From an uncultured Methanobacteriaceae archaeon (GTDB lineage Archaea > Methanobacteriota > Methanobacteria > Methanobacteriales > Methanobacteriaceae): 52,827 bases of DNA. The notes under the pieces are model-generated. The model saw only the letters and a list, made by a program, of their open reading frames with translations, was not told the DNA's origin and searched no databases. Made by a program: the position numbers and the translations under genes. Shown here in pieces: positions 25,746 to 34,701 of this stretch. The stretch spans positions 1 through 52,827 of the forward strand of contig CAYUFT010000002.1 in the NCBI GenBank assembly GCA_964444115.1. Direction: 5' to 3'. Position 1 is the first letter of the stretch; every line of letters starts with the position of its first letter.

Positions 25746-28550
25746 TTATACTAACTTTTTAAGATTTTTAAAGGCATCTTCATGAAGGGGATTGATACTT
25801 AGTACTTGTGAATAACATTTTATGGCTTCTGCATCATTACCTTCGTACTCCAAACAGAATCCTTTAAGATACCAAGCATCTTCATGGTCTTGAACTTCTT
25901 TAATAACTTGATTTAAAAGTTTAATTGCCTCAACAATCTCATTATCATTGAAAAGAGTGACCGCCTTTAGATAAAGAATTTCAAAATTATCTGGATCTAA
26001 TTTTAAAGCCATATCATAATATTTAAGAGCAAATTCCCTATTCTCTTTCATTTCCATAATCATGGCCTTATATTCTAGAGCTTCCAGGTTTTCTTTAGAA
26101 ACTAATGAACGGTTGAAAAATACCAAAGCATCGTCTAGATTACCTTCATCAAATAATCCTTTTCCTTTTTCATTAAATAGTAAAAATTGGTCACTATTTT
26201 TATAAACCTCAGCACCTATACCAATTTTTTCAGGTCTAGACTCTGAAATTAGGTTTTCATATTCCATGGCCTGAAAAGAGGGATTAATGGATTTTAATAA
26301 ATGCTGTAAAACAATTATGGTTCCTTTTTTATCCAGAGGTTGATTATCATTACCACATTTAGGTGAATAGATGCAAGAAGGGCAACCATCTTTACAGCGG
26401 CATCCTTTGACCATTTGCAAGGTTACTTTAATAATTTCCTCAAACAAAACTGTCGCCTTCTCTGCCAGGCCAATGCCACCCTGATAGGAATCATATATGA
26501 AAATAGTGGCCTCTTGAGTGTCACGGTGGTAAGAAGTGGAAAAGCCACCAATATCATTACGATCACACATGACATGCAAGGGCATCATGGAGATAAGAGC
26601 ATGTTCTGCCCCATGGAGACCTCCTTCAAAAATATCACTAATGGAAAAGAGATTAAATATTTTTTCTTGTATGGAAAAGGGTATGGTGAACCATAATCCT
26701 TTGGTTTGAAATTTTATGGGTGGAAGGTCCAATTTATGCACTTCTAGTGTTTTACCATAGTTCATGACTTTATATTTATCAAAATTTTCCGTAACCTCCA
26801 CTTCCCCAAAATGTATGGACAAATTTCCTGTTTTTCTGGTGTTAATTTCATTAATAACATGGATGTCAACATCTCTCATGACATGGGTGGTGTAATCCAC
26901 GTCTTTTTTAGTTACGTTAATAACTTGTTTTTTTAAATCTAATCTATCAACCAGATAGGTTTCCCCTTTATTCATTAAAACTGCGCCTTCGTGGGCCTCT
27001 CGGTAGGCATAGGAGCGATCCATTTTCTCCAGTAATTTATTCTTGTAAAAAACCTTAAAAGTATCTGAAGATATTTGATCTAATCCATATTCAAAAGCAG
27101 GGCTATTATTTTTATCGAAATAAATCCATCCTTGTTTTGTTCGGGTTACTAGGCCTTTATTAAATAAATTTTCAATAAAATTCAATCCGGTCCCAAAAAT
27201 GGTTTCCATTTCATCATCAGCTAATGGAAGTTCATTGGTGGCACATAAAAGATGAGCTTGAATAATGTGTGGATTTTCAAGACTAATAATTGCATTTTCA
27301 TGGGGCTTGTCAAAGAGGAAAGCGGGATTTTGCATAAAGTACTGATCTAAAGGATTTTCAAAGGCCACCAGGAAAACCATGGCATCGTCTGAACCTCTAC
27401 CAGCTCTTCCAGCTTGTTGCCAGGTAGAAATAACAGTGCCAGGATATCCTGAAATAATTACCACATCTAGAGAACCAATGTTAATACCCATCTCTAAAGC
27501 ATTGGTGGAGGTAACGGCCAGAAGTTCACCTTCTTTTAAACCTTTTTCAATTTTTCTTCTATCTTCAGCTAAGTATCCAGCCCTATAAGCCATTATTTTA
27601 TCTACCATCTCTGGTTTTACCTTATTAAATTCATTTCGAGCTTGATTAGCAATAATTTCGGCCATTTTTCGGGAAATGGTGAAACATAAGGTCTGAAGAT
27701 TAGATAAAACAAAAACCAATAATAAGTTCTTGGTTTCTAAGTGAGTTGATAATTTGTTTTTTACTTTATAGGGATTGTAGAGGACAAAATATTTCTTACC
27801 ACGAGGAGAAGTATCCTCACTGACCAGTTTAAAATCTAAACCTGTGAGTTTATTTCCAAATTCCTTAGGATTGGCCAGAGTAGCTGAAGAAAGGATAAAT
27901 TGAGGATTGGAGCCATAGTAATTACAAATTCTGCGTATTCTTCTTATTAAAAAGGCCACATTTGACCCAAAAACACCTCGATAGTGGTGAGCCTCATCAA
28001 TAACAATAAATTTTAGATTTTTATAGAATTTAGACCATAAATGGTGCCAAGAGAGAATTAAATGCAATTCATAGGGATTAGTGAGAACTAATCTGGAATT
28101 GTCTCTAATCCAGGGTCTGATATCACGAGGAGTATCTCCATCATAAATATTTGGTTCCAGTTCCAGTCCTAATTCTTTTTCCAGATCTCTTAAAATATTT
28201 AACTGGTCATTGGCCAGGGCCTTGGCCGGATAGATATAAAGGGCTGTGGCCTCACTATTTTTAGATAAATTTTCTAATATGGGAATATTAAAAGAAAGTG
28301 TTTTACCTGAAGCTGTGGGAGTGGTAATGAGCACATTTTTTCCATCTCTTAAATATTCAGCAGCCTCACATTGATGTTTATAAAGTTTAATCTGATTATT
28401 TTCTAGATAATTTTGAATATTAGCTGGTAAATTATCTAATTGGTCGTATTGGGCCTCTTTAGGAGGGATGATTTCCACATGTTCTATTTTATCCCGGAAG
28501 AGATTATTGGCCTGGATTTTGTCCAGAGTTTTTTTGATCAAGATAATCAA
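25746..28550 (-). CDS. DEAD/DEAH-box helicase with a DUF1998 (MrfA/YprA-type Zn-binding) domain and C-terminal TPR repeats
   Basis: TTPTASGKT (motif I), VIDEAHHYRG (DEAH), SSAT, QQAGRAGR (motif VI). DUF1998 hallmark HALISMMP...CRCKDGCPSCIYSPKCGNDNQPLDK. The last 170 aa or so are TPR-like (ALKYYDMALKLDPDNFEILYLKA..., AIKCYSQVLSINPLHEDA). Confidence 0.9.
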   Translation of the reverse strand: MIILIKKTLDKIQANNLFRDKIEHVEIIPPKEAQYDQLDNLPANIQNYLENNQIKLYKHQCEAAEYLRDGKNVLITTPTASGKTLSFNIPILENLSKNSEATALYIYPAKALANDQLNILRDLEKELGLELEPNIYDGDTPRDIRPWIRDNSRLVLTNPYELHLILSWHHLWSKFYKNLKFIVIDEAHHYRGVFGSNVAFLIRRIRRICNYYGSNPQFILSSATLANPKEFGNKLTGLDFKLVSEDTSPRGKKYFVLYNPYKVKNKLSTHLETKNLLLVFVLSNLQTLCFTISRKMAEIIANQARNEFNKVKPEMVDKIMAYRAGYLAEDRRKIEKGLKEGELLAVTSTNALEMGINIGSLDVVIISGYPGTVISTWQQAGRAGRGSDDAMVFLVAFENPLDQYFMQNPAFLFDKPHENAIISLENPHIIQAHLLCATNELPLADDEMETIFGTGLNFIENLFNKGLVTRTKQGWIYFDKNNSPAFEYGLDQISSDTFKVFYKNKLLEKMDRSYAYREAHEGAVLMNKGETYLVDRLDLKKQVINVTKKDVDYTTHVMRDVDIHVINEINTRKTGNLSIHFGEVEVTENFDKYKVMNYGKTLEVHKLDLPPIKFQTKGLWFTIPFSIQEKIFNLFSISDIFEGGLHGAEHALISMMPLHVMCDRNDIGGFSTSYHRDTQEATIFIYDSYQGGIGLAEKATVLFEEIIKVTLQMVKGCRCKDGCPSCIYSPKCGNDNQPLDKKGTIIVLQHLLKSINPSFQAMEYENLISESRPEKIGIGAEVYKNSDQFLLFNEKGKGLFDEGNLDDALVFFNRSLVSKENLEALEYKAMIMEMKENREFALKYYDMALKLDPDNFEILYLKAVTLFNDNEIVEAIKLLNQVIKEVQDHEDAWYLKGFCLEYEGNDAEAIKCYSQVLSINPLHEDAFKNLKKLV

Positions 28551-28665
28551 GAACTTAGATTTATTTATAAATTTTAAACATTATTGATAAAATACTCCAT
28601 ATTATATATAAATTTAAATAGAATAAATATATATTTTTTTATTTAATTTCAAAGGGGTGTTATTA

Positions 28666-28812
28666 GTGGAATCAATTAAAAAAGAAACTAGAGTAGTAAA
28701 ATATAAAACTGGAGAATATGATTTTAGAGATGAAATAAACTTAATTGAAATGTTAAATCAGCTAAAGCCTAAGCCGGACCAATTAGTTGAGATTATTATT
28801 TCAAAAAAGTAA
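28666..28812 (+). CDS. Possible 48-aa small ORF between the two helicase genes
   Basis: GTG start 7 nt after GGGGTG. Encodes (M)ESIKKETRVVKYKTGEYDFRDEINLIEMLNQLKPKPDQLVEIIISKK. Below the ORF-track cutoff and with no homology evidence. Confidence 0.25.
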   Translation: MESIKKETRVVKYKTGEYDFRDEINLIEMLNQLKPKPDQLVEIIISKK

Positions 28813-28839
28813 AGAATAGGAAATAATCCTGAAATGGGC

Positions 28840-31800
28840 CTATTCTAATTGGGATGTAGTTTTAGGATTATTTTTGAATTTTTCAATAGGTATATAACGT
28901 GTACCTTGAGCAAAGGCCGTTTTTCTGCCTGAAGAATCTTTTTTATCATTTATGATATCATTTTCTAGTTTTATTGTTTCATTAGAATCTGGAGGTGATA
29001 GGAAAAACACTTTACTAGCATAATACAACCTCTCCTGATCATCTTTCTCTTCCAGACTTTTAACTAGATTTAATAGAGCTTCTTTTTTCTCATCACTTAA
29101 TAATTTAGAATTATGAATCAAATCTGGAGATAAAACAAAATTATCTACTACACCCAATATTTTAGGGACGTATTTGGAGACTTTTCCATTAGCATAAAAT
29201 CCTAAATATTCCACATTCCTAAAGGACCTATCTGGTGGGCACATATATACTGAATGATCAAAATATTCATCAATGGCAAATTTAGCAGGTACAATTACCA
29301 CATCTTCATTATAAATATAATCTAAAGCTGAAGGAATAATTAATTCTTTTGGACCAGAAAGCCCATATTCCTCCCTGTATTGTCGAATATATTGAGTAAA
29401 TTCCAAAAGGAACTGAGAAATCCAATTAGGATCTCCATCAAAGGTAATTTCCCAGGAATCTAAAAATTTATCATTTTGATAGATATTAGTTGAATGGGCT
29501 GCACCACATTTATAAAAGAAGTTAATTTTACGCCTTAGAAACTTTTCCCACCATTGATGATCAGTAACTTGTGTTTCATCTAATCTATTTAATTCTGTTA
29601 GTGCTGGGAATTTAGTTGGAGATTTTTTTAATGGAGTTTCTGATGTTCTAAAATCAATTGTTTCTGTCCTTTTTAATCCATTACATGTTTTACATAATAA
29701 TTGCAAATTATCCGCAGAATTATCATGAACATAATATCTAGGTTTAATATGGTCAATTTCTAAAAAATTGACATTATCTTCACCACAGCACTGACAGACA
29801 AAGTTATCTCTTTTAAATATAAACTTTCGGAGATCTTCAGGTAATGGTTCTCTATCTGGATCTTGATCATCATTTATCCAAGGTTTATGAGTTAAAAACG
29901 TTTTAGGAGGATTTAAATATCTGAAAATTCGATAATCCACCTCTGATTTGAATTTTCTAAATTCAGGATATAGTGCCTTCCAATATCGATCTTCTTTTTC
30001 ATATTCACTTTCACAAGCATCATTTAAAGATTTTGGGCCTAAATCATTCATAGCATAAGTCTTTGCTATAGAATCCAAATCATGTTTCTGCCTATCTTCA
30101 AAATTAAAGTATTTAGGTGAGTCTTTATCATTTTGGGCCATGTGCCGTGAAATTTTAAATAAATTCCTTAGAACATCTTTTACCTTATTTTCACTATAGG
30201 TAAATGAGAAAAATTTGTCAAACCATTTTTCAAGACTTTTATTTACATTAGAATCTTTATTTAGGTCAAATTCTAAATTTTCATCTTCAAAAATTTCCAA
30301 ATTCTCATTTTTTAAATGGGTGATAAATTTCTCATAGTAATCTCTTTCTGGGGCTTGATTTTCTTCTTCAAAAACTAATACAAAGTCTTTTACAGATTCA
30401 GGATCTTTATCTTCATTTATTATATCAAATTCAGTTAAATACCATCCCGAAGGCATCAAAGAAGTGAAATTACAGTCAGGAACAATTTCTCCATCTTTAT
30501 CCCTCTCACTAGCCCAATCTATTACCAATTTTATAGATATTAGTTCAAGAGGGATTTTAGGTGGTGAATCTGTTGAATCATCTTCAGGTTCATCACCTGG
30601 AAGAGGATCCCATTCAGCCCAATTAATTTCATACTCCCAGTCATCTACAAAAGAAACTATATTTGCAGTTTCAGTTCCTTTAAATTCAGGACCTCTTAAC
30701 GCCCTTCCTATCATTTGAGTAAGTAATATCTGACTGGTGGTTTGCCGGGTGAGAAATACTGTTTCAGCATCTGGAACATCAGTACCCTCCGTTAACATTT
30801 TAATATTTATTAAAACATCTAAATTTCCATTTTTAAAATTTTCTAATACTTCTAAATTCTTTTGAGCCGTTCCAGCAGTACCTAAAGATTTATCTACCTT
30901 TGTAAACATCACATCAGCATTAACTCCTCTATTTCGCAGGAATTTACACAAAGTGGTGCATTGATACCATCTATCAGTAAAAATTATGGTTTTTCCGTAT
31001 TCTTCTTTATTATCCACATAATTTTGAGCGATTATTCTGTTTCTTTTTTCATTTTTTGCTAGATGCTTAATGATTTTTTGAGGAAGATCTTTATAAGTAT
31101 TAATCCATTTTTGAAATTCTCCCTGATTAAAATCAGCCTTAATTTCGGTATTGATATTCTTGAATATTGGTTTAGAGAGTATTTTATCAGCCATTAATTT
31201 ATCCAAAGTAGTCTGAGAAATATTGGATTGGGGGAATAATTTTCTAAGCCACATTTTCTTATTTTCAGTAGCAGCTGTAGGTGTGGCAGTTAGTCCCAAA
31301 AGATACATATCAGGATGTCTTTTTCTTAAATTCTCAATTAATCGCCTGAAACTTGGAGCTGCTGCATGATGGGCCTCATCAAAGACAACAAATAATTTAT
31401 CACTAGCTGAATCTAGGAAATTCATGAAATGAGGTTGTTCTTTTTCATAAGCGCCCCTAATAGTTTGCAATGTAGCTATAATAACATCGTCATCTTCTTT
31501 AATTTGTTTAGGTGGGTAAAAATTTTGAGCACCCGAAACAACCCTTACTTTGAGTTCTTCTCGAGGTTCTGAAATATAACCTACTTCATATCCTTTATCA
31601 GACTTTTCATATTTAGGACCGAATGTGAAAAATGCCTGTTCTAAAAGGTGATGTGTATGGGCCAGCCATAACACTTTATATCCCTGAGATAGGGGATATT
31701 GACATAGAAATCTTACTGCAGTAACTGTTTTACCACTACCTGTAGGCAAGGCCAGTATTCCTCCTGCATTTTCAGGCCTTTGATTAAACCAATTTGCCAT

Positions 31801-31911
31801 TGCATTAATGGCCTCTTTTTGATGTATTACTGGTTCAAGTACTGATTTCTGTTTACGGCAATCATCAAGATCATATTTTTTATAAAAACCTTCTTTTTCT
31901 ATTAGTGACAT
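28840..31911 (-). CDS. SF2 (ResIII-type) helicase fused to an HNH endonuclease and an unassigned C-terminal domain
   Basis: LALPTGSGKT, VFDEAHHAA, LLGLTATP, TQMIGRALRG. HNH: CQCCGEDNVNFLEIDHIKPRYYVHDNSADNLQLLCKTCNGLKR (about 29672-29800). The C-terminal 170 aa or so (28840 to about 29330) are beta-rich with no recognised motif. Confidence 0.85.
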   Translation of the reverse strand: MSLIEKEGFYKKYDLDDCRKQKSVLEPVIHQKEAINAMANWFNQRPENAGGILALPTGSGKTVTAVRFLCQYPLSQGYKVLWLAHTHHLLEQAFFTFGPKYEKSDKGYEVGYISEPREELKVRVVSGAQNFYPPKQIKEDDDVIIATLQTIRGAYEKEQPHFMNFLDSASDKLFVVFDEAHHAAAPSFRRLIENLRKRHPDMYLLGLTATPTAATENKKMWLRKLFPQSNISQTTLDKLMADKILSKPIFKNINTEIKADFNQGEFQKWINTYKDLPQKIIKHLAKNEKRNRIIAQNYVDNKEEYGKTIIFTDRWYQCTTLCKFLRNRGVNADVMFTKVDKSLGTAGTAQKNLEVLENFKNGNLDVLINIKMLTEGTDVPDAETVFLTRQTTSQILLTQMIGRALRGPEFKGTETANIVSFVDDWEYEINWAEWDPLPGDEPEDDSTDSPPKIPLELISIKLVIDWASERDKDGEIVPDCNFTSLMPSGWYLTEFDIINEDKDPESVKDFVLVFEEENQAPERDYYEKFITHLKNENLEIFEDENLEFDLNKDSNVNKSLEKWFDKFFSFTYSENKVKDVLRNLFKISRHMAQNDKDSPKYFNFEDRQKHDLDSIAKTYAMNDLGPKSLNDACESEYEKEDRYWKALYPEFRKFKSEVDYRIFRYLNPPKTFLTHKPWINDDQDPDREPLPEDLRKFIFKRDNFVCQCCGEDNVNFLEIDHIKPRYYVHDNSADNLQLLCKTCNGLKRTETIDFRTSETPLKKSPTKFPALTELNRLDETQVTDHQWWEKFLRRKINFFYKCGAAHSTNIYQNDKFLDSWEITFDGDPNWISQFLLEFTQYIRQYREEYGLSGPKELIIPSALDYIYNEDVVIVPAKFAIDEYFDHSVYMCPPDRSFRNVEYLGFYANGKVSKYVPKILGVVDNFVLSPDLIHNSKLLSDEKKEALLNLVKSLEEKDDQERLYYASKVFFLSPPDSNETIKLENDIINDKKDSSGRKTAFAQGTRYIPIEKFKNNPKTTSQLE

Positions 31912-32050
31912 TTTGACCCCTTATGAATGTTATACAATTCATTCTATAATTATAGTTGTAAGGTTGATTGTTATATAAAAAGTTTCTAATTTGAATGTCA
32001 AATAGTAAATTTTATAATAGTTTAATATTGATTAATTAATAGGTGTTGTA

Positions 32051-32242
32051 ATGACGGGGGATGAACAGTTTGCAAATATTCTTCTCAAAGAAGTTTTTGA
32101 AGATTTTATAAAAGAATTAGAAAACGATACAGAGTTTCCAAAATATGTTATCAACAATTTAAAGAAATTTAAAACTTATGATTTAACATCAAAAGAAACC
32201 ATGTTAAAATCTTTAAAAAGAGAGGATTCTAATGAAGATTAA
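32051..32242 (+). CDS. Small acidic protein (63 aa) overlapping the start of the ABC ATPase gene
   Basis: ATG preceded by AGGTG. 11-nt overlap with the 32232 gene. No motif. Confidence 0.4.
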   Translation: MTGDEQFANILLKEVFEDFIKELENDTEFPKYVINNLKKFKTYDLTSKETMLKSLKREDSNED

Positions 32243-34604
32243 AAATATTCAAATAGAATCTTTTAGGGGAATACCCTATCTAGATCAACCTTTGAATGAG
32301 AAAAGTTTGTTAATTCATGGCGAAAATGGAACTGGAAAAAGTTCTATAGTAGACGCAATTGAATATTTTTTTACGGGGAATATTTCCCATTTATCTAGGC
32401 CTTTTTCCATTAAAAATCATGGAACTCATACCAATTACTCACCAGAAGATCTTAAGGTATGTTTAGAATTAAATCCAACAAGCTGTTCACTAGAGAGAAC
32501 CATGGATTCAGTACCAATATGTCCTGAGGAACTTGAGGATGATATGGCAGCTGCTGAAAACAGCCCATTTATTTTACGAAGGTCTCAAATTCTTGAATTT
32601 ATTAATAGTGCTCCTGGTAAAAGATATAAACAAATTGGGAGTATGATTGGGGTGGATAATCTAGAAAAGATTGAAAGCACCCTAAAAGATGCCGTCGGTG
32701 ACATCCAGAGCGATATAAATACCAAACTCGGGCATTCCGAGAAAATAAAAGAAAATTTAGGCCAAATTTTAGATGATGATCTGAAAGAAGCTTATGAAAT
32801 TTTGGCTTTAATAAATAATTTTCTAGATAAAGAAGATCTTGATCATTTAGAATCTGTTGATGAAATTGAAGATTATGTTAATAAACTTGAAAAAACAGTT
32901 AAAACAATAGATTCAAGCAAAATTCATACTTTAGATAATATTTCCGGAAAAATTAAGAAAATAAATTCCGCTGATATAGAAATAACTGAGTTATTTAGTA
33001 TAATAGAAGATTTAAAAGAAAAAATCTTCCAAGAGCATGATATTTCTGATTTATCATTAATAGAAATCCTTAAAACTTCTAAAAAAATTCTCACAAAAAG
33101 TAAAACTTGTCCAATATGTGAAAATGAAATTAATGGAAAAGAACTTGTTGAAAAAATTGATGAACGTTTAAATGGGCTTGAAATACTTAAACAAAATCAT
33201 GACGAATTGAAAAAATCTATTAATGATCTTTACAAACTTATTGAGTTAGATAAAAGAAATTTAGAAAGTTTAATTGACGAATTGGAAATATTTGAAGAAT
33301 TTAATGAGTTAAATGATATCGCAACTAATAAAAAAGATTCTTTTGAAGATTTATTGAAAAATATTAATCAAGAGTCTTTCATTAAAGAAGAAATTCAGTT
33401 AGAATACTATGAAACTCTTAAATCGTCTCTAGAAGAATTTTTAAAAGATTTATCAAAACAAAATGAAAAATTAGAAGAAGAATTGAAACCTTCAGAAAAA
33501 GATGAAAATATTACTGAAATTTGTAAGAGTCTTTTAGAAATTAAAGGATATCTAAATGATTTAAATGATTTAAATAAACATATTTCTCAATTAGAGTCTG
33601 AATTAAAACTTGCAGATAAGATGTATACTGTTTTTTCTAAAATTCGAAAGGAAAAAATCCAAGAAATTTATGACACCATTGAAAAAGATGTTCAGAATTT
33701 CTATAGCATAATACATCCCAATGAGTTGTATGATGAGATAAAAATTGATATTGATCATTCGAGAAGAGCAAGTACCAACTTAAAAATGACAATTTTTGGT
33801 AAAGAAGATCAAGATCCTCGTGCATTAAGTAGTGAAGGCCATTTAGATTCATTAGGATTATGTATTTTCTTAGCACTTTTTAAAAATTTTAATAAAGAAT
33901 TCCCTCTTCTGGTTTTAGATGATGTGGTGTCAACCATGGATTCTAGGCACAGAGAACACGTTTGCAAACTTTTGTTTGAAAAATTTGCTGATAAACAACT
34001 TATAATAACTACTCATGATGGAATTTGGTTTGATCAATTAAAAGCTGCTCAAAGAGCCTATGGCCTATCAGGAAAATTTGAAAATATACAAATTGTTGGA
34101 TGGGATCTTGAGAATGGGCCTGTTATTGACAAATACACACCAAGATGGGATCGAATTCAGAATAAAATAAAAGAAAGAGACACTCATTGCGCTGGAAATG
34201 AAGGTCGGCGATATTTAGAATGGTTACTTAAAGAAATTTGTACTAATTCAAAGGCCAAAATTCCCCTAAAATCATCTGGAAGATATGAAATAAATGATCT
34301 TTTTGATCCCGCCAAGACAAGAATGATTAAACTAATCGAAGATCCTGATCTCAAGAAAGAACTTGAATCATCTTTTGATGAATTGAAAGCTACTATGATT
34401 ATGGGTAATTTATTATCTCATGAAAATTTGATGGCCGGAAATGTTTCTATCGATGAAGTAGAAAGTTTTTGCAATTCAATTCACAAACTTCATGAATTTA
34501 TGCTTTGTGATGAATGCAGTAATCCACTTAGATATTATCAAGAGATAAAAGTATTCAGATGTAGTGGTAAGAACTGTTCTAATCCAACCGAGATTAAATG
34601 CTAG
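32232..34604 (+). CDS. PrrC/RloC-like (AAA_13-type) ABC ATPase with a long coiled-coil insert, a CxxC hook and a C-terminal His-containing module plus Zn ribbon
   Basis: Walker A GENGTGKSS (about 32328-32354). Roughly 400 aa of heptad-rich insert with CPIC at 33108-33119. Signature-like LSSEGHLDSLGL, Walker B LLVLDDVVSTMD, H-loop ITTHD. C-terminal GRRYLEWLLKE ... GNLLSHEN ... CDECSN...FRCSGKNC. Confidence 0.75.
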   Translation: MKIKNIQIESFRGIPYLDQPLNEKSLLIHGENGTGKSSIVDAIEYFFTGNISHLSRPFSIKNHGTHTNYSPEDLKVCLELNPTSCSLERTMDSVPICPEELEDDMAAAENSPFILRRSQILEFINSAPGKRYKQIGSMIGVDNLEKIESTLKDAVGDIQSDINTKLGHSEKIKENLGQILDDDLKEAYEILALINNFLDKEDLDHLESVDEIEDYVNKLEKTVKTIDSSKIHTLDNISGKIKKINSADIEITELFSIIEDLKEKIFQEHDISDLSLIEILKTSKKILTKSKTCPICENEINGKELVEKIDERLNGLEILKQNHDELKKSINDLYKLIELDKRNLESLIDELEIFEEFNELNDIATNKKDSFEDLLKNINQESFIKEEIQLEYYETLKSSLEEFLKDLSKQNEKLEEELKPSEKDENITEICKSLLEIKGYLNDLNDLNKHISQLESELKLADKMYTVFSKIRKEKIQEIYDTIEKDVQNFYSIIHPNELYDEIKIDIDHSRRASTNLKMTIFGKEDQDPRALSSEGHLDSLGLCIFLALFKNFNKEFPLLVLDDVVSTMDSRHREHVCKLLFEKFADKQLIITTHDGIWFDQLKAAQRAYGLSGKFENIQIVGWDLENGPVIDKYTPRWDRIQNKIKERDTHCAGNEGRRYLEWLLKEICTNSKAKIPLKSSGRYEINDLFDPAKTRMIKLIEDPDLKKELESSFDELKATMIMGNLLSHENLMAGNVSIDEVESFCNSIHKLHEFMLCDECSNPLRYYQEIKVFRCSGKNCSNPTEIKC

Positions 34605-34637
34605 TAATTAATTTATTGATTTCATTAAATTGACAGA

Positions 34638-34646
34638 TTTTATAAA
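34638..34646 (+). promoter_or_regulatory. Candidate TATA box for the Type I R-M operon
   Basis: TTTATAAAA lies 56 nt upstream of the hsdM ATG, and GAGGG lies 8 nt upstream of the ATG. By position only. Confidence 0.3.
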
Positions 34647-34701
34647 ATAAGAAAGAAGATATTAAATTAATAAATCAGAAATTTTATCGAGGGTATTTAA
34701 A

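Noticed and set aside
25746-28550. Assigning the DUF1998 helicase to DISARM or Druantia
   Set aside because: The expected partner genes are not present in the flanks. These would be a PLD-nuclease DrmC, the DrmMI/II methylase, a separate DrmB, or DruA-D/DruH. The protein is also far shorter than DruE. The MrfA/YprA-like call is safer.
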